DNA of 64,000 nucleotides, taken from the NCBI RefSeq assembly GCF_006345805.1, contig NC_042998.1, forward strand, positions 204,724,001 to 204,788,000, read 5' to 3'. The position numbers were made by a program, and so were the translations under genes. This DNA comes from Octopus sinensis (taxonomy: Eukaryota). The notes below the pieces were generated by a model. It searched no databases. It was not told the origin of the DNA and saw only the letters and a program-made list of their open reading frames with translations. Of this stretch, positions 23,567 to 36,630 are shown in pieces. Within the stretch, counting starts at the first letter, position 1; each line of letters starts with the position of its first letter.

Positions 23567-23719
23567 ATTCTGTTGTGTCTGGGGAGAGTCATTTTCTTTT
23601 TGTGTCTTATAATGTAACACACACACCGGTAAAATTTCCACTTTTTTCTTATTTTACCGGTGAGTGTGTTACATAATAAGACACAAAAATAAAATGACTC
23701 TCCCCAGACACAACAGAAT
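23567..23719. mobile_element. hairpin MITE (69-bp arms, 15-nt loop)
   Basis: arms 23567-23635 and 23651-23719, 3 mismatches. Confidence 0.8.
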
Positions 23720-24901
23720 ATGCTTCAACACGCAAACTCATATAAAGAATCTTGCAAACCAAATCCAAAAACGAAATCTAAATCAAAATCTTTTGTCAAA
23801 ATTTCCTGTTAATTTTTCTTCTGAAGACCAATTTGGTAATATAAAATTATTTTGTTAAATTCTTCATTATTTACAAAATTAATTAAAACAAAGATAGAGT
23901 ATTTCAACAGGAAAATGGTAACGAAAGATTTAAATGCTTAGTAACACTGATTGGCTGTCATCATCTCAGCTCCATAAGGCATGAAAATAGCCAAAGTGAT
24001 GACAGAAATTATACAATAATAGTGATTGTGATAGTGATGATAGTGTTTATGGTGGTAGTGGTAGTGGTGTTGTTGTTGTTGTTGTTAAGCAACAAGACTG
24101 GTAAGGGTGATTAGGTGATGGTCTAGGGCTTAGGGACGGGAGACCCCAGACCTTGGAAAAAAAAAAACTTTGGTCGTCTTGTTGTAGTCGAGGGCTCTTC
24201 GTTGACGCCCGACACCACTGGGAGGTGGCCCTCAAATCGCTGGAAATGGAGATCTCCAGGCCCAAATTCTTGGACGGCTGCTGCTGCTTGTTTGTTTGTT
24301 TGTTTGTTGAGCGAAGCGGTCTTCGTCCCAGAGCTTGCAAGATTGCGCCTCAAGAAAAGTCCAAAACGTGGTCCTTTGCTATTCGTAAGACCCGCAGAAG
24401 AGAAAGCAGGTCAACCCCTGACACCGAAAGCATCGACGGATGGATGAACGCACATCAAGTCTCAGCGGTTGCGTAGGAAGTCAGGGATAAGAAACAGGAA
24501 GGAAGAGTGAGAGAAAGTTGGAGTGAAAGAGTACAGCAGGGATCACCACCATCCCCTGCCAGAGCCTCATGGAGCTTTAGGTGTTTTCGCTCAATAAACA
24601 CACACAATGCCCGGTCTGGGAATCGAAACCGCGATCCTCCGACCACGAGTCCACTGCCCTAACCACTGGGCCATTGCGCCTCCACTTGCTGTTATTGTGT
24701 ATATGGAGCCACTACATATTTGTTTGACCTACTAGAAATAGCAGCCAAACTTCCTACAAACTTCACCCTACCATGTTCAAAGGATATGCTGGATTGCTCG
24801 CTTTTGGATAAAGTATAAGAAGACAGTGCAGGATGGTCATGGTTAGAATGTCAGTTAGATGGTGAAGACAGGTCACAGAGAGCTGTTACAGGGATGCTAG
24901 T

Positions 24902-25110
24902 GGTGGTGATGATGATGATGGTGATGATAATGATGATGGTGATGGTGATGATGATGGTGATGATGATGATGGTGATGATGGTGATGATGATGATGATGGT
25001 AATGGTGATGATAATGATGTAGATGATGATGGTGATAGTGATGACGAAGATGATGATGATGATGATGATGATGATGACAACAACGATGATGATGGCAATG
25101 ACAATAAGGA
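24902..25110. repeat. (GAT/GGT)n microsatellite
   Basis: direct reading. Confidence 0.9.
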
Positions 25111-25246
25111 CAACAGCAATGACAATTGCATGAAATCTTCCTTTCACCAAACGAATACCATTCCAAAATGGAATCCGTCCTGTCTTTGGAATCATGTTGA
25201 ATGTGTTGTAGAAAAACAAAGACCAAAGCAACCCCTATTTCCTCAC

Positions 25247-25440
25247 CATTTTCGGTATTTGCTGACCCGTTCGGCTATTTATGGCACAGGCAGCAACCGC
25301 TTTCTTAAAGTCAAAGAGTTTCATCAACTCACTGTCGACTTTCTCTTTCTTTTCGGAACATTTCTGCTTCAGGTCTTCAATATATTGGTAGTGCCGGTCC
25401 TTTTCGGCCGCCTCTTGCTCCTGTAAGTCTTCTATTTGTG
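25247..25440 (-). CDS. CCDC96: CCDC96 exon 8 (AQIEDLQEQEAAEKDR...AINSRTGQQIPKM)
   Basis: tttccag acceptor, gtgagg donor, 194 nt, phase 1 to 0; NSRTG..IP motif typical of the family. Confidence 0.9.
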
Positions 25441-25862
25441 CTGGAAACATAAATGAACAGATTTTAATTTCTCAGACTGCTCTTTAGGGGTAATTGATAG
25501 TTTCTGTTTCTTGGGGACTTTAATCAGGGAAACAGGGAGCTACAGAAGCATAGGGGCCAGAGAAAGAATGGACAAAAAGGAAGTTTGGCAAAAATTCAGC
25601 CCCTGCTGGCACCAAATACATTTTCATCTTTGAATGAAAGACAGATTGTATGAGGCATGGTTATGATGAATAATACAGTAGAATATGGATAATGAATGCA
25701 AGTAAAGGGCAAAGACTATCAAGAAATGAGATGAGGGTGCTCCAGCAGGGCGTGTAGTTATTATGAACACTGGAACTGGAGTTTAAAGGATGTCATTATT
25801 AACAATTATAAAATGAATTGATCAATTATAGAATATCTCCCCCACCCTACACATACACACAC

Positions 25863-25970
25863 ATTAATGGTTCCAGAAGTTGTAATCTTTGTCTTGCAGA
25901 TAAGTACAACATCCTATTCCAGCCTTTTATAATTTTGAACAAAAGATCTGAATTTGTGATTTCCTGCAAA
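25863..25970 (+). mobile_element. possible Penelope-like C-terminal remnant
   Basis: NGSRSCNLCLADKYNIL...LNKRSEFVISCK resembles the CxLCLxEK...LNKRSE...C motif I recall from invertebrate PLE ORF ends. Confidence 0.45.
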
Positions 25971-26238
25971 CCTTCATCAGTATTTATTGAGGAATTTCCA
26001 GACTCAAACCAGTCACAAAAGTCAACTCTTCACATAACAGAATTAAAATACCTTGGCAATTACTCACCAACACTAAAACTGCATTAACAATAATCTTCGA
26101 CATTGAGAAGAAAGGACTGTTTAGTCTTGCAGGGTACAAGGCAACCTCACTAGCTGTGGTGCTACAATAAAATGCACCCAGCACACTCAATAAAGTTCAT
26201 GGTGTTCAGAAGTGCAGTGCCATTCACGGAAATTGTGT

Positions 26239-26434
26239 TTAACCTTTTAGCATTTTAACCGACCATATAAGGCCAAAATATTCTACCTGTTTTATGTTCA
26301 AACTGACCCCATTTGACCTCTTACACCTACCCTACAATGTCATTCTGAAAGTAAACAATCACATATTTGAAATCTTAAAGCTACAAGATGATGCAAACAA
26401 ATTTGACAGAACAATCCAAGTGCTAAAGGATTAA
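26239..26434. mobile_element. piggyBac-type MITE
   Basis: TTAA|CCTTTTAG...CTAAAGGA|TTAA; interior homologous to 53975-54186. Confidence 0.65.
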
Positions 26435-27490
26435 AATGTAGAGCTCAATATTTTATACCTGAGAATAAGATGGAATGGTCAGCACTGGAACACCAGGACC
26501 GATCTGGGGTGAAATAATCTTTTCTGCTCGAGGCACAAGGCCCAAAATTTTGGGGGCTGGGTGCCAGTTGATTAGATCAACCCCAGTACGCAACTGGTAC
26601 TTAATTTATCGACCCTGAAAGGATGAAAAGCAAAGTCGACCTTGGCGGAATTTGAACTCAGAACGTAAAGACAGACGAACCTGGGGCTAAATAATAACAA
26701 AGGGAAGGGACACAAGGTATAGGGAATTGGAACAAATACCTTTCAGTATTTAATTCCAGTTCCTTAGATTGTGAGTTCAAACCTTAACAGAATTGACTTT
26801 GTTTTTCCTCTTAATGAGGTTAATTAAAAAAGAGAACCAGGCATGTTTTAGGAGCAACTTTCAAAGAGATTGTGCTGACCTCATTCTCATCTGTAACATT
26901 GGGAAATAAATTAGTTCGAGTTGTTGTTTAGAACAAGGTTAGTCACATCAGATGTTCCAGCCATGACGTTCCATGAAAATAACCCAATACCACATTACTA
27001 ATCATCATCATCATCATTTAACATCCGTTTTCCATATTAGCATGGGTTGGATGGTTCGACCAGGGTCTGGGAAGCCAGAAGGCTGCACCAGGCTCCAGTC
27101 TGATCTGGCAGTGTTTCTACAGCTGGATGCCTTTCCTAATGCCAACCACTCCGTGAGTGTAGTGGGCGTTTTTTACGTGCCACCGGCACAGGGGCCAGAA
27201 CAGGCTGGCGAACGGCCACGACTGGTTGGTGCTTTTACGTGTCACCAACACGGACGCCGGTCAGGTGGCGCTAGTATCTGCCCTGTTCGGACGGTGCTTT
27301 TTATGTGTCACCGGCATGGATGTCTTAACTACAATTTCCATTTGAATTTTTATTTTGATGTTGACGTAAAAAAAAAAAATGATACAATGTGATATGAGTG
27401 AGATCTGGCTGTTATTTCTAGCATTTCTACCAACAATGTCAAGGTTCACTGTTGGTTCCTTATGATTAAAAAACAAACGAAACACCATAC

Positions 27491-27641
27491 CCATCAGTTT
27501 CAGATAGCGTTCTTCTTGGTCTGCAGTGCTTTTGGCCTCAATGTGGGTGTCATCAGCTTTCTTCTTCTTAAAGAATTCTGCCAGTTTTTGCTGTACATGG
27601 GAATTCCGAACTTGTATTTCCTCCAAGACATTTATTGCAGC
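27491..27641 (-). CDS. CCDC96: CCDC96 exon 7 (AAINVLEEIQVRNSHVQQKLAEFFKKKK...QEERYLKLM)
   Basis: ttgcag acceptor, gtatgg donor, 151 nt, phase 0 to 1; coiled-coil resembling CCDC96 LQHKI/LxExxRKK region. Confidence 0.88.
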
Positions 27642-30507
27642 CTGCAATGAACAAAGTTATTCCAACATTGTGGAATGGTAGAATTTAGAGAAGTTACTAA
27701 AAGCCAGTTGAATGTGGAATGGTACTTAAGCCGGGGAACAAAGGGCACAAGAGCACCTGCTAAACTTTTGGGGGTTGTGTTGGGAGGAATGTGGCAATGG
27801 ACGTAGGTTTGTGGACCCTAAGCAAATTTCATTCCTGCATTTATGGAATTGTACAAAGATGGGCTTAAAGGGCACCATTCGAGCATGTTCGTTACCAGCG
27901 TCGCCTTACTGGCACTCGAGCCCCATGCTAGTTGGGTGCCAAGAGCACCATCCGAGCATGATTGTTGCCAGAGCAGCCAACTGACTTCCATGCTGGTGGC
28001 ACGTAAAAGGGCACCATTCGAGCGTGATCGTTACCAATGTCGCCTTACTGGCACCTGTGCCAGTGGCATGTGTAAAAGGATTCGAGCGAGGTCATTGCCA
28101 GTACCACCTGATTGGCCCCCATGCTGGTGGCACATAAAAAGCACCCACTACACTCTCAGAGTGGTTGGTGTTAGGAAGGGCATCCAGCTGTAGAAACTCT
28201 GCCAGATCAAGATTGGGGCCTGGTGCAGCCATCTGGTTCGCCAGTCCTCAGTGAAATCGTCCAACCCATGCTAGCATGGAAAGCGGACATTAAACGATGA
28301 TGATGATGGAGAGAAACTGGAATAAATTACTGAGAAGAAGAGGCAGAGATGAAAGTCTTGAGCAAGACAACATCACTGAGGAGAGATGAACTGTTTGGTG
28401 GGGAGAAGTAGAAAAGGAAATAGTAATGAAGTATAGGGGGGGGGGGATGAAGGAAAGAAGAGAGGGAGAGATGTTAGTGGGAGGAGGAAGAAGAAGGACA
28501 AAATCATTAAGGATGTTAGCTGGGAGATGAATCACAGTGTTGTAGGTTCAAATTCAAATGAAGTCAACTTAAGCCTTAATCCACCCACAGGTCAATAAAG
28601 CCAGGTACCAGACCATGGCAGGGAACCAGCATGATTGTAAGAACATCAGACAAAGTCCTTTGTGGTATTTGTTCCATGACTTTGTGTTCTGAGTCCCTGG
28701 CTGGTAGACTAAATTCATTCAGGTCCAGTTTAATACCCCACCCCCACCCAACTGGTCCTTGAGTACCTTTAGCAGGGTCCATTCTGTTACAAACAATCAG
28801 GCCAGGTCTCCAGTTTGATGACCCCTTCCTCTCTTCCTTTAATCAGTCTCAGGGGTCCTAAAAGAAAGAGCTACAGCTGCTTCTCTCCTTAACTAAGTGG
28901 TAAGAAAAATGATTTGAAAAACAATGGGTGGGGAAGGAGAAAACGAATTTCTTCTTCTTCTTCATCTTCTTCTTCTTCATCTTCTTCTTCTTCTTCTTCT
29001 TCTTCTTCTTCTTCTGTTTAAATTTTTCTTTCTCCATTCTTAGTCTCTATTTCATTTCTCTCTATCCAACAATAAACTGTTCTGCATGAAAGCCACAACT
29101 TCCCTTCTTCCTTTCATGTCAATCAGGATTTCTTATGTTGGATTATGATTGTTACTGTTTTTGTTTAGCCCCAGGTCAACCTCATTGAAGCAGATCAACA
29201 ATCAAAGGCATTCTGGCCATGACCACCTCCTCTATCTACATTATTTGATATGTTTTTAAGGCAACGAGGGTCCATATTTCACCGTTATCTTGTCCCCTTT
29301 TCCAACCAGGGTGGTCATGTTATCTCCTCTACAGCAATGCAGTTGTCTGTGTCCTTCTTTCTCATGTCAGGGTCACCAATGTTGAGAGGGTGCCACTTGT
29401 ATAGTTTTACATCAGTTAACGTCTGTTTTCCATGCAAGCATGGGTTGGACGGTTCAACCGGGGTCTGGGAAACCAGGAGGCTGCACCATGCTCCAATCTG
29501 ATCTGGCAAAGTTTCTACAGCTAGATGCCCTTCCTAACGCCAACCACTCCGTGACTGTAGTGGGTGCTTTTTATGTGCCACCAGCACAGAGGCCAGAGGA
29601 GGCTGGCAACAGCCATCATCAGATGATGCCTTTTATGTGCCACCGGCATGGACACCAGTTAGGGCAGCGCTGTCATCGGTCACTTTTGGATGGTGCTTTA
29701 TACGTGCCACCAGCATGGGTATCACAACTACAATTTCCATTTGATTTTTATTTTGATGTTGATGTACTTGACTCAATAGGTATCCTCAAGCACAGCAGGT
29801 CACCCTGCGAGGTAAGAACAGCAGGTATGCACAGCAGGCCCTCCTGTGAGCCATGTCGAAAACCACCTTTATATATAAAAAAGATTCGAGCGAGGTCATT
29901 GCCAATACCACCTGACTGGCTCCTGCGCCGGAGGCACGTAAAAAGTATCCACTACACTCTCGGAGTGGTTGGCGTTAGGAAGGGCATCCAGCCGTAGAAA
30001 CTCTGCCAGATCAAGATTGGAGCCTGGTGCAGCCTGCTGGCTTCTCAGACCTCAGCCAAACCATCCAACCCATGCCAGCATGGAAAGCGGATGTTATGAT
30101 GATGATGATGATATAGGGCTCAATGAGCACGTTTTAGAAAGTCAAATCACATGATGGCTTGATGCTGATTGGTTGCTTAATCAGCCAATCACATGAAACG
30201 ACAGTGGTCTCCTCATGGCCATCCAGTGGATTCAGTGTCCAATCCATGACCTTCTCATCACTTGGCATAAATTCACTTTCCTCAATATTGCATCCCTACT
30301 TCAGTTCAGGAGTCCACTAAGTGACACGGTGACTCCACTTGTGCCAGTGCCACGGGGTAAGCACCCAGCTGCAAAAACAATGTCAAATCAGAGCCTGATG
30401 CAGTTTCTGGCTCATAGGACCCTACTGAGTCATCTACCCCATGCCAGCATCGATCATGGGGGTTAAATGAATAATAAGGATGATGATGATGGTGGTGATG
30501 GTGATGG

Positions 30508-30735
30508 TGGCGAGCTGGCAGAGACGTTAGCACGCTGGGCGAAATACTTAGCGGTATTTCATCTGCCGCTACATTCTGAGTTCAAATTCCGCCAAGGTCG
30601 ACTTTGCCTTTCATCCTTTCGGGGTCGATTAAATAAGTACCAGTTACGCACTGGGGTCTATGTAATCGACTTAATCCCTTTGTCTGTCCTTGTTTGTCCT
30701 CTGTGTTTAGCCCCTTGTAGGCAATAAAGAAATAG
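30508..30735 (+). mobile_element. tRNA-derived SINE family B (others 33748-33982, 11480-11660, 26535-26680, 1-95, 52110-52220)
   Basis: GGCGAGCTGGCAGA...GAGTTCAAATTCCGCC...AAGTACCAGTTACGCACTGGGGTC...AAAGAAATAGG. Confidence 0.8.
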
Positions 30736-30859
30736 GTGGTGGTGGAGTTTAATCTGTGAGAGATTTAGCTGGTGTTTCTAGCTTGTTCAGTGACTGAATA
30801 GTGTTCCTCATCCTCTGTAGTATTTTATGATGTCGACTGGCCTCCATGCTGTGGGCACG

Positions 30860-31110
30860 TAACAAACACCGTCCGAGCGTGGCCGTCTGCCAGCCTCGTC
30901 TGGCACCTGTGTCGGTGGCACATAAAAACACCATCCGAGCGTGGCCGTCTGCCAGCCTCGTCTGGCACCTGTGTCGGTGGCACATAAAAACACCATCCGA
31001 GCGTGGCCGTCTGCCAGCCTCGTCTGGCACCTGTGTCGGTGGCACATAAAAACACCATCCGAGCGTGGCCGTTCGCCAGCCTTGTCTGGCACCTGTGTCG
31101 GTGGCACATA
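30860..31110 (+). repeat. 62-bp VNTR in an RTE 3' end (about 4 units)
   Basis: same unit as 14092-14478 in the opposite orientation. Confidence 0.85.
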
Positions 31111-31441
31111 AAATCACCCACTACACTCTCGGAGTGGTTGGCGTTAGGAAGGGCATCCAGCTGTAGAAACACTGCCAGATCTGACTGGCCTGGTGCAGCC
31201 TTCGGGCTACCCAGACCCCAGTCGAACCGTCCAACCCATGCTAGCATGGAAAGCGGACGTTAAACGATGATGATGATGATGATGATGATGTTCTCAGTGT
31301 TGTTGTAGTCAGTTCAAGTTGACTAGAGCTTTGGTATGAAGCTGACCAGTTCATTGCATAGCTACAAGAACAACAACAACGCATACAAGATGTTTGGGCT
31401 AAATTTGAAAGTTTGCATAAAAGGAAAAGAAAACATAATAT

Positions 31442-31667
31442 AAATAGAAAAATAATTATTTCTAAATCTTTGAACAAGAAACCTTTAGCAACAGAACTCT
31501 AGAGTAAAGATTATTTGTCAACATAATGGGGCAGTCTTGGTTAGGATGAATGTTACTGTTATTTAGCCCCAGGACAGCCACATTATGTTGACAAATAATC
31601 TTTACTCTAGAGTACTGTTGCTGAAGGTTTCTTGTTCAAAGATTTAGAAATAATAATTTTTCTATTT
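31442..31667. repeat. large inverted repeat (87-bp arms, 52-nt spacer)
   Basis: arms 31442-31528 and 31581-31667, about 3 mismatches. Confidence 0.88.
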
Positions 31668-31751
31668 TTGAGATCAGTGTCTGTGTGTCACTTTGAAAAA
31701 TATACATTTTGAACAAGTATTTAGTGTCACCATCTCTAGCCAAGCAGTTAT

Positions 31752-31797
31752 TCTGTGCTGATGAAGAGAAATAACCCAGAAACCATTGGTACACAGG
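31752..31797 (+). ncRNA. hammerhead-like motif with decayed helix II
   Basis: CUGUG-CUGAUGA-agagaaauaaccca-GAAAC-CAUUG-GUA-CACAG; helices I and III pair, helix II does not. Confidence 0.45.
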
Positions 31798-32200
31798 TAT
31801 TGCTTTAGATGTGAGTGGGGACACTAAACTCCCTTGTTTGAAACTATAAGGACACTGTGTCGTATAACCAGCTGGAGACGATGTTTCCTGGGGCTTTATA
31901 ACAGTAACCTTCATCTTAACCAGGACTTCCACATTATGTTGGCAAATAGTTTTTACTCTAAAACACAATATTCCATCCAAAAATAAAAGTATTTTAAAAC
32001 CTCAAAAAATATCAACTCGATTATGGCTGGAGGATAACAGTTTATTCAAAGAAGCTGCCCTCAGCCCCCACCATGGTCCCAAGACCACTCCAGAACCTGG
32101 CACATGCATTCCTCACGGTTACTTTTGTTACACACACACACACCCACCCACATCATATATCACCACAGACGATAAAACAAATAGTAAAAAAGACCCTCAC

Positions 32201-32277
32201 TTGGTAACGAGTCATCAACATGTCTCTTTTCTGTTCGTAGTCATATGCCTCTAATTCTGGTGGTGCCGAACCTTCTT
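32201..32277 (-). CDS. CCDC96: CCDC96 exon 6 (EEGSAPPELEAYDYEQKRDMLMTRYQ)
   Basis: ttgtag acceptor, gtgagg donor, 77 nt, phase 1 to 0. Confidence 0.8.
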
Positions 32278-35045
32278 CTACAATAACAACAACAACAACA
32301 ATAAGCAAAAACTTTAATGAAAACCAAAAACTTTAATGTAAACCAAAAAAAAAGCATTTAATTTTTAAATTGGTCTTTACGTTATATCTATGTTCCGCCA
32401 ATTCCTGTGCCATACAAAGAATGGCAACATCGGGACAACAAAGAACTAGATCTTCAAACATCAGCATCATTGTTCTTTTGACATTGCATAAACGGCACCA
32501 ATGCTGGTGCCATGCAAAAATAGCACCCAGTCTACACTCTGTGAAGTGCTTGACATTTGGAAGGGCATCCAGCCATAGAAACCATGCCAAAGCAGACAAA
32601 TGGAGCCTGGTGTGGCTCCTGGTCTTAAAAGTGCTTGTGAAACCATCCGACCCATGCCAGCACGGAAAACAGATGATGACTATGATGATGAGGACATTCC
32701 TATGCATGGGTTGGATGGAATTTATTGAGTCAGATGGCCTTCCTGTTGCCAAGCAAGGTAGTATTCCCTTATGGCCAGATGTGTCCTTACGGAATATTGG
32801 AAAGCACAGCCTCCCATCTTGCCAGTTCTCAGTCAAACTGTCCAACCCATGCTGGCATGGAAAGCAGACATTAAACGATGATGATGATGATGATGATGAT
32901 GAATGATGAATGATGCTGCTTGTATGACAATGAGGGTTATTTTACAATTATCACATGATGTAAAATCAGGTGGGGACACACAGACACACACACACATAGA
33001 GGAAAAAGAGCAGGGAGAAGAATGAGAAAGAGGAAAAGTCAGTGAGAGAAAGAAAACAGATGAGGGATTAAGAGTTAGGTGGGGAAAAAGGGTTAGGGGG
33101 TTAAGAAGGGAGCAGAGGTGGATGTATATGTGCAAGTATAGTAGGGTGTTTATGAGGGGGGAATAATAGGCGTGGGTTGTCAGGAAGGAGTGTATGGGTG
33201 TGCAGATGTATTGTGGTATATATGAGTAGGAGGAGGTGAGATGTTGGGGGAGGGGGCGAGAGGAAAGTACAGATGTGAGGAGGTGGGGGGAGGGCATGCA
33301 GGGGTGGAAAAGGGATGGGGTTTGGAAAGATTGGAAGAAAGGAAAAAAACCCCTACCAAAAGGCTGGAAGAGTAGGCAGACATTAAGGGAGAGAGAGAGC
33401 AAGAAAAGGGGCTGAAAGGAAGAAATTTGCAGATAAAATGCTACAAGAGTAAAGAGATGGATAAGAGAGAGATGAAGAAAGAGCAGGGGAAGTGTCGTCT
33501 GGTGCTTCTATCCTGCTGGATCAGGTTTTGGAAGTTGTGGAGAGAATTCTTGCAAAATTGATAAAGAACCAGATTAGCCTGCATCAGATGCAGTTTTGGG
33601 TTTTGTGGCTGCAGTGGTGGCAGCACCAACAGCAATTTTCTAGTGAGACAACTGCAAAAGTATTTAGCTTGAAATAAGCTTCTATAACATGGGAAAAACC
33701 CTCGACAGGGTCCCTCACTCTGTGACTCGATGGTTACAGAGGAAGTTAGGCGGCGAGCTGGCAGAAACGTTAGCATGTCGGGTGAAATGCTTAGCGGTAT
33801 TTCGTCTGCCGTTACGTTCTGAGTTCAAATTCCGCCGAGGTCGACTCTGCCTTTCACCCTTTCAGGGTCGATTAAATAAGTACCAGTTACGCATTGGGGT
33901 CGATATACTCGACTTAGTCCGTTTGTCTGACCTTGTTTGTCCTCTCTGTGTTTAGCCCCTTGTGGGTAGTAAAGAAATAGGTTACATAGGAAATTAGGGG
34001 TAGATGAAGAGGGCAGCACAAGCAACGCACAAAAGGGCAGACAACTAAGTAAAAGTCAGTAAGGGATTCAGTGACAAATTCCCCATATGAATAGGGTTTA
34101 TGAAGGAGTCAACTGGTAGAAATATTTTAGTGTATGGGGCAAAATGCACAGCAGTATTTCTTCTTACTTTATGGGGTCAATGCAGCTTGGTCCCTCCCTT
34201 GAAATTGCTGGCCTTGCACCAAAATTTGAAACCAAATAGAGATTTATGAGGGTAAACAGCCAGTGAGATGGCTGCAGGATGCATACTTCACAGTATAGTG
34301 AGACATAACTAATGTTGTCAGGGCTCATCTTTTCACTGGTCAAGGAAATCAGAGGCAAAAGGATAAGTCTGACCACCTGGTACAACCCTGGCCTTACTAT
34401 AATCTGAGTCCAGCACAAATCAAATCTCAGACCTCTTCGAACCACAAACAAACAACTGGAATGTTCGCTGTGGCAGGCAGGACGTCACCAAAGTGTGTAA
34501 CCAAGGTATATTGCCGCTGTTGTACTCTGTCTTCTTCTTATGGATAAGTGTAAGGAAGAGTATAGGGAAAAAGCAGTGTGCAGTGTCTATTGCTCATCAG
34601 TGTCTTGGACGGAGAATTTGGATCATCTTCAAAAATTAAGGAACGAACAAGAAATGTTGTTGTTTGAGCTACAAGAAGTAGCAGCTAAATCTTTGTCTTT
34701 ATAATAAAAAGGAAAGACATGTTGGATAATGTAAGATGAAAAACACTGTTGGAAGCAGACAGGATGGTCATGGCTAGAATGTCTTTGGTCATAGGTCTGT
34801 TTGATCAGAACTAACCTGGAGCTAAAGAACAATAGAGTTTCTCTCCATAACCAAAATCTTCCTTAATTCACACTCAAATCATTGATCAATGTGATGCTAG
34901 TTATACTGTGTCTAAAACTAAAAGACAGGATGGTCATAGATGGAATGATCATGGTCAATTTGATCAGAGTTGCCCTGAAGGTTAAGCAACAACAGCAATA
35001 ACAACAACAACAAGCATTACCGTATGCAAGTGGCGTTTCCCCGAC

Positions 35046-35099
35046 CTCGAGTCTCTGTTGGTACTTGTCCAGATCCATTATTTGTTCCAGGTCCAATGG
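35046..35099 (-). CDS. CCDC96: probable CCDC96 exon 5 (AIGPGTNNGSGQVPTETR)
   Basis: good polypyrimidine acceptor (ttctttgtttttgctgacag), weaker gtcggg donor, 54 nt symmetric phase 1; no homology support, could be skipped. Confidence 0.5.
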
Positions 35100-36423
35100 C
35101 TGTCAGCAAAAACAAAGAAGGACAAATTGTTGGGGAATTCAAAGTTTATTACAGCAGCAACAATGGTGAAGGAATCAGAAATGGCAAAGAACAAGACTAA
35201 ATATCTAAAATACTATTTCACTTATTTTCACCCTGTTCTCCCTTGAAATCCCAGAATAGAATTATTGTTAGCAAGAACAACACAGTATTTTATTTTGCCA
35301 TCATAATAAACTACCAAATATATTCAAGGTTTCCATGTCAACACTTCAGACATTCCTTGTGCTAGCAGAGTAGTGCATTCATCCTTTTGAGTTGGACCTC
35401 TGGAAATATGCTGGGCTTCAGAAGACTCAGCAAGCGCAAGTGTGACCATAACCTTGTGGCCTATGCTAGGGGTGTAACCAGTCCACTTATGTGTGCCTTT
35501 CCTTCATTGGACACTAAATTCTGCTTGTGAAGACCAGTTGAGGCAAGTGAAATCAAAGTCGAAATCAAACTCGGTGACTGGCATCCGTTGCTAGTGGAGT
35601 GCTAAGAGTACCATATGAGTGAGATCGTTGCCAGAGCAACAAACTGGCCTCTGTACCAATGACACGTTAAACACACCATTCGAGGGTGATCGTTACTGCG
35701 TCACCTTACTAGCACTTGTGCTGGTGGCACGTGAAACATTCGAGCGAGGTCGTCACCAGTGCCACTGGAACATCTCCTATGCAGGTGGCACATAAAAAGC
35801 ACCATTTGGGTGTGGCTGTTGCCAGTACCACCAAACTGGCCCTCGTGCTGGTGGCATGTAAAAGCACCCACTACATTCTCGGAGTGGTTGGCGTTAGAAA
35901 GGGCATCCCGCTGTAGAAACTCTGCCAGATCAGATTGGAGTCTGGTTCGCCAGAACTCAGTCATATCGTCCAACCCATGCTAGCATGGAAAACGGATGTT
36001 AAATGATGATGATGATGAAGATGATTTTGTATAGAATTTAGAGCCAGTGCTGAAAGTTGCCAATGTTTCATAAATGAATGTGTCCATGTAAACAATTTGA
36101 TTCTCTGTCTTCGATTGCATTATTTAAAAGAATTATTTATGTACAAAATGTCATAATTTTCAGAGCTGGTTCTGAATTCTATTGGAAATCTATAGAGATA
36201 CACTTAAAAAGATGATAATATTAGTCTAATCCCCCGGAATTAACAGATATCTCTCTCATTATCATAATCAATATCACATATTTGACATGCGATATTTTGC
36301 AGTTTTGTTGTTCTCTTTAGTTTTGCATTGAATGCACATCGCTCAGCCTCGACACCAACGAATATTGCTGCGAACAAGTTACAAAGTTACTGGAATGGTA
36401 AGAGAAACCAATATTTACAATAC

Positions 36424-36630
36424 CATCTTTTGCTGCATACATTTCACCAGCTTCAGTTGGAAACAATCCAATCACTGCCTCTTCAGCTTCCTTTTCACTC
36501 TCTTTCTTCTCTCCTTCAGGCCGGCCCTCTTCTGCTTCCGTTTCTGCCGCTCCTGTTGGAACTTCTTCCGCAGCTGCTGCTACTGCTGCTGTTTCTCCTT
36601 CTTTACCTTCCTCGCCTTCTTCACCTTCTG
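36424..36630 (-). CDS. CCDC96: CCDC96 exon 4 (AEGEEGEEGKEGE...AGEMYAAKD)
   Basis: tcttctttag acceptor, gtattg donor, 207 nt, phase 1 to 1, Glu/Ala-rich. Confidence 0.75.

Noticed and set aside
34500-34605. CTGATGA hits at about 34596 (minus) and 47903 (plus)
   Set aside because: No helix II-GAAA-helix III arrangement around them
34164-34640. Possible extra CCDC96 exons between exons 5 and 6
   Set aside because: Candidate acceptors lead to stops or lack a phase-compatible donor
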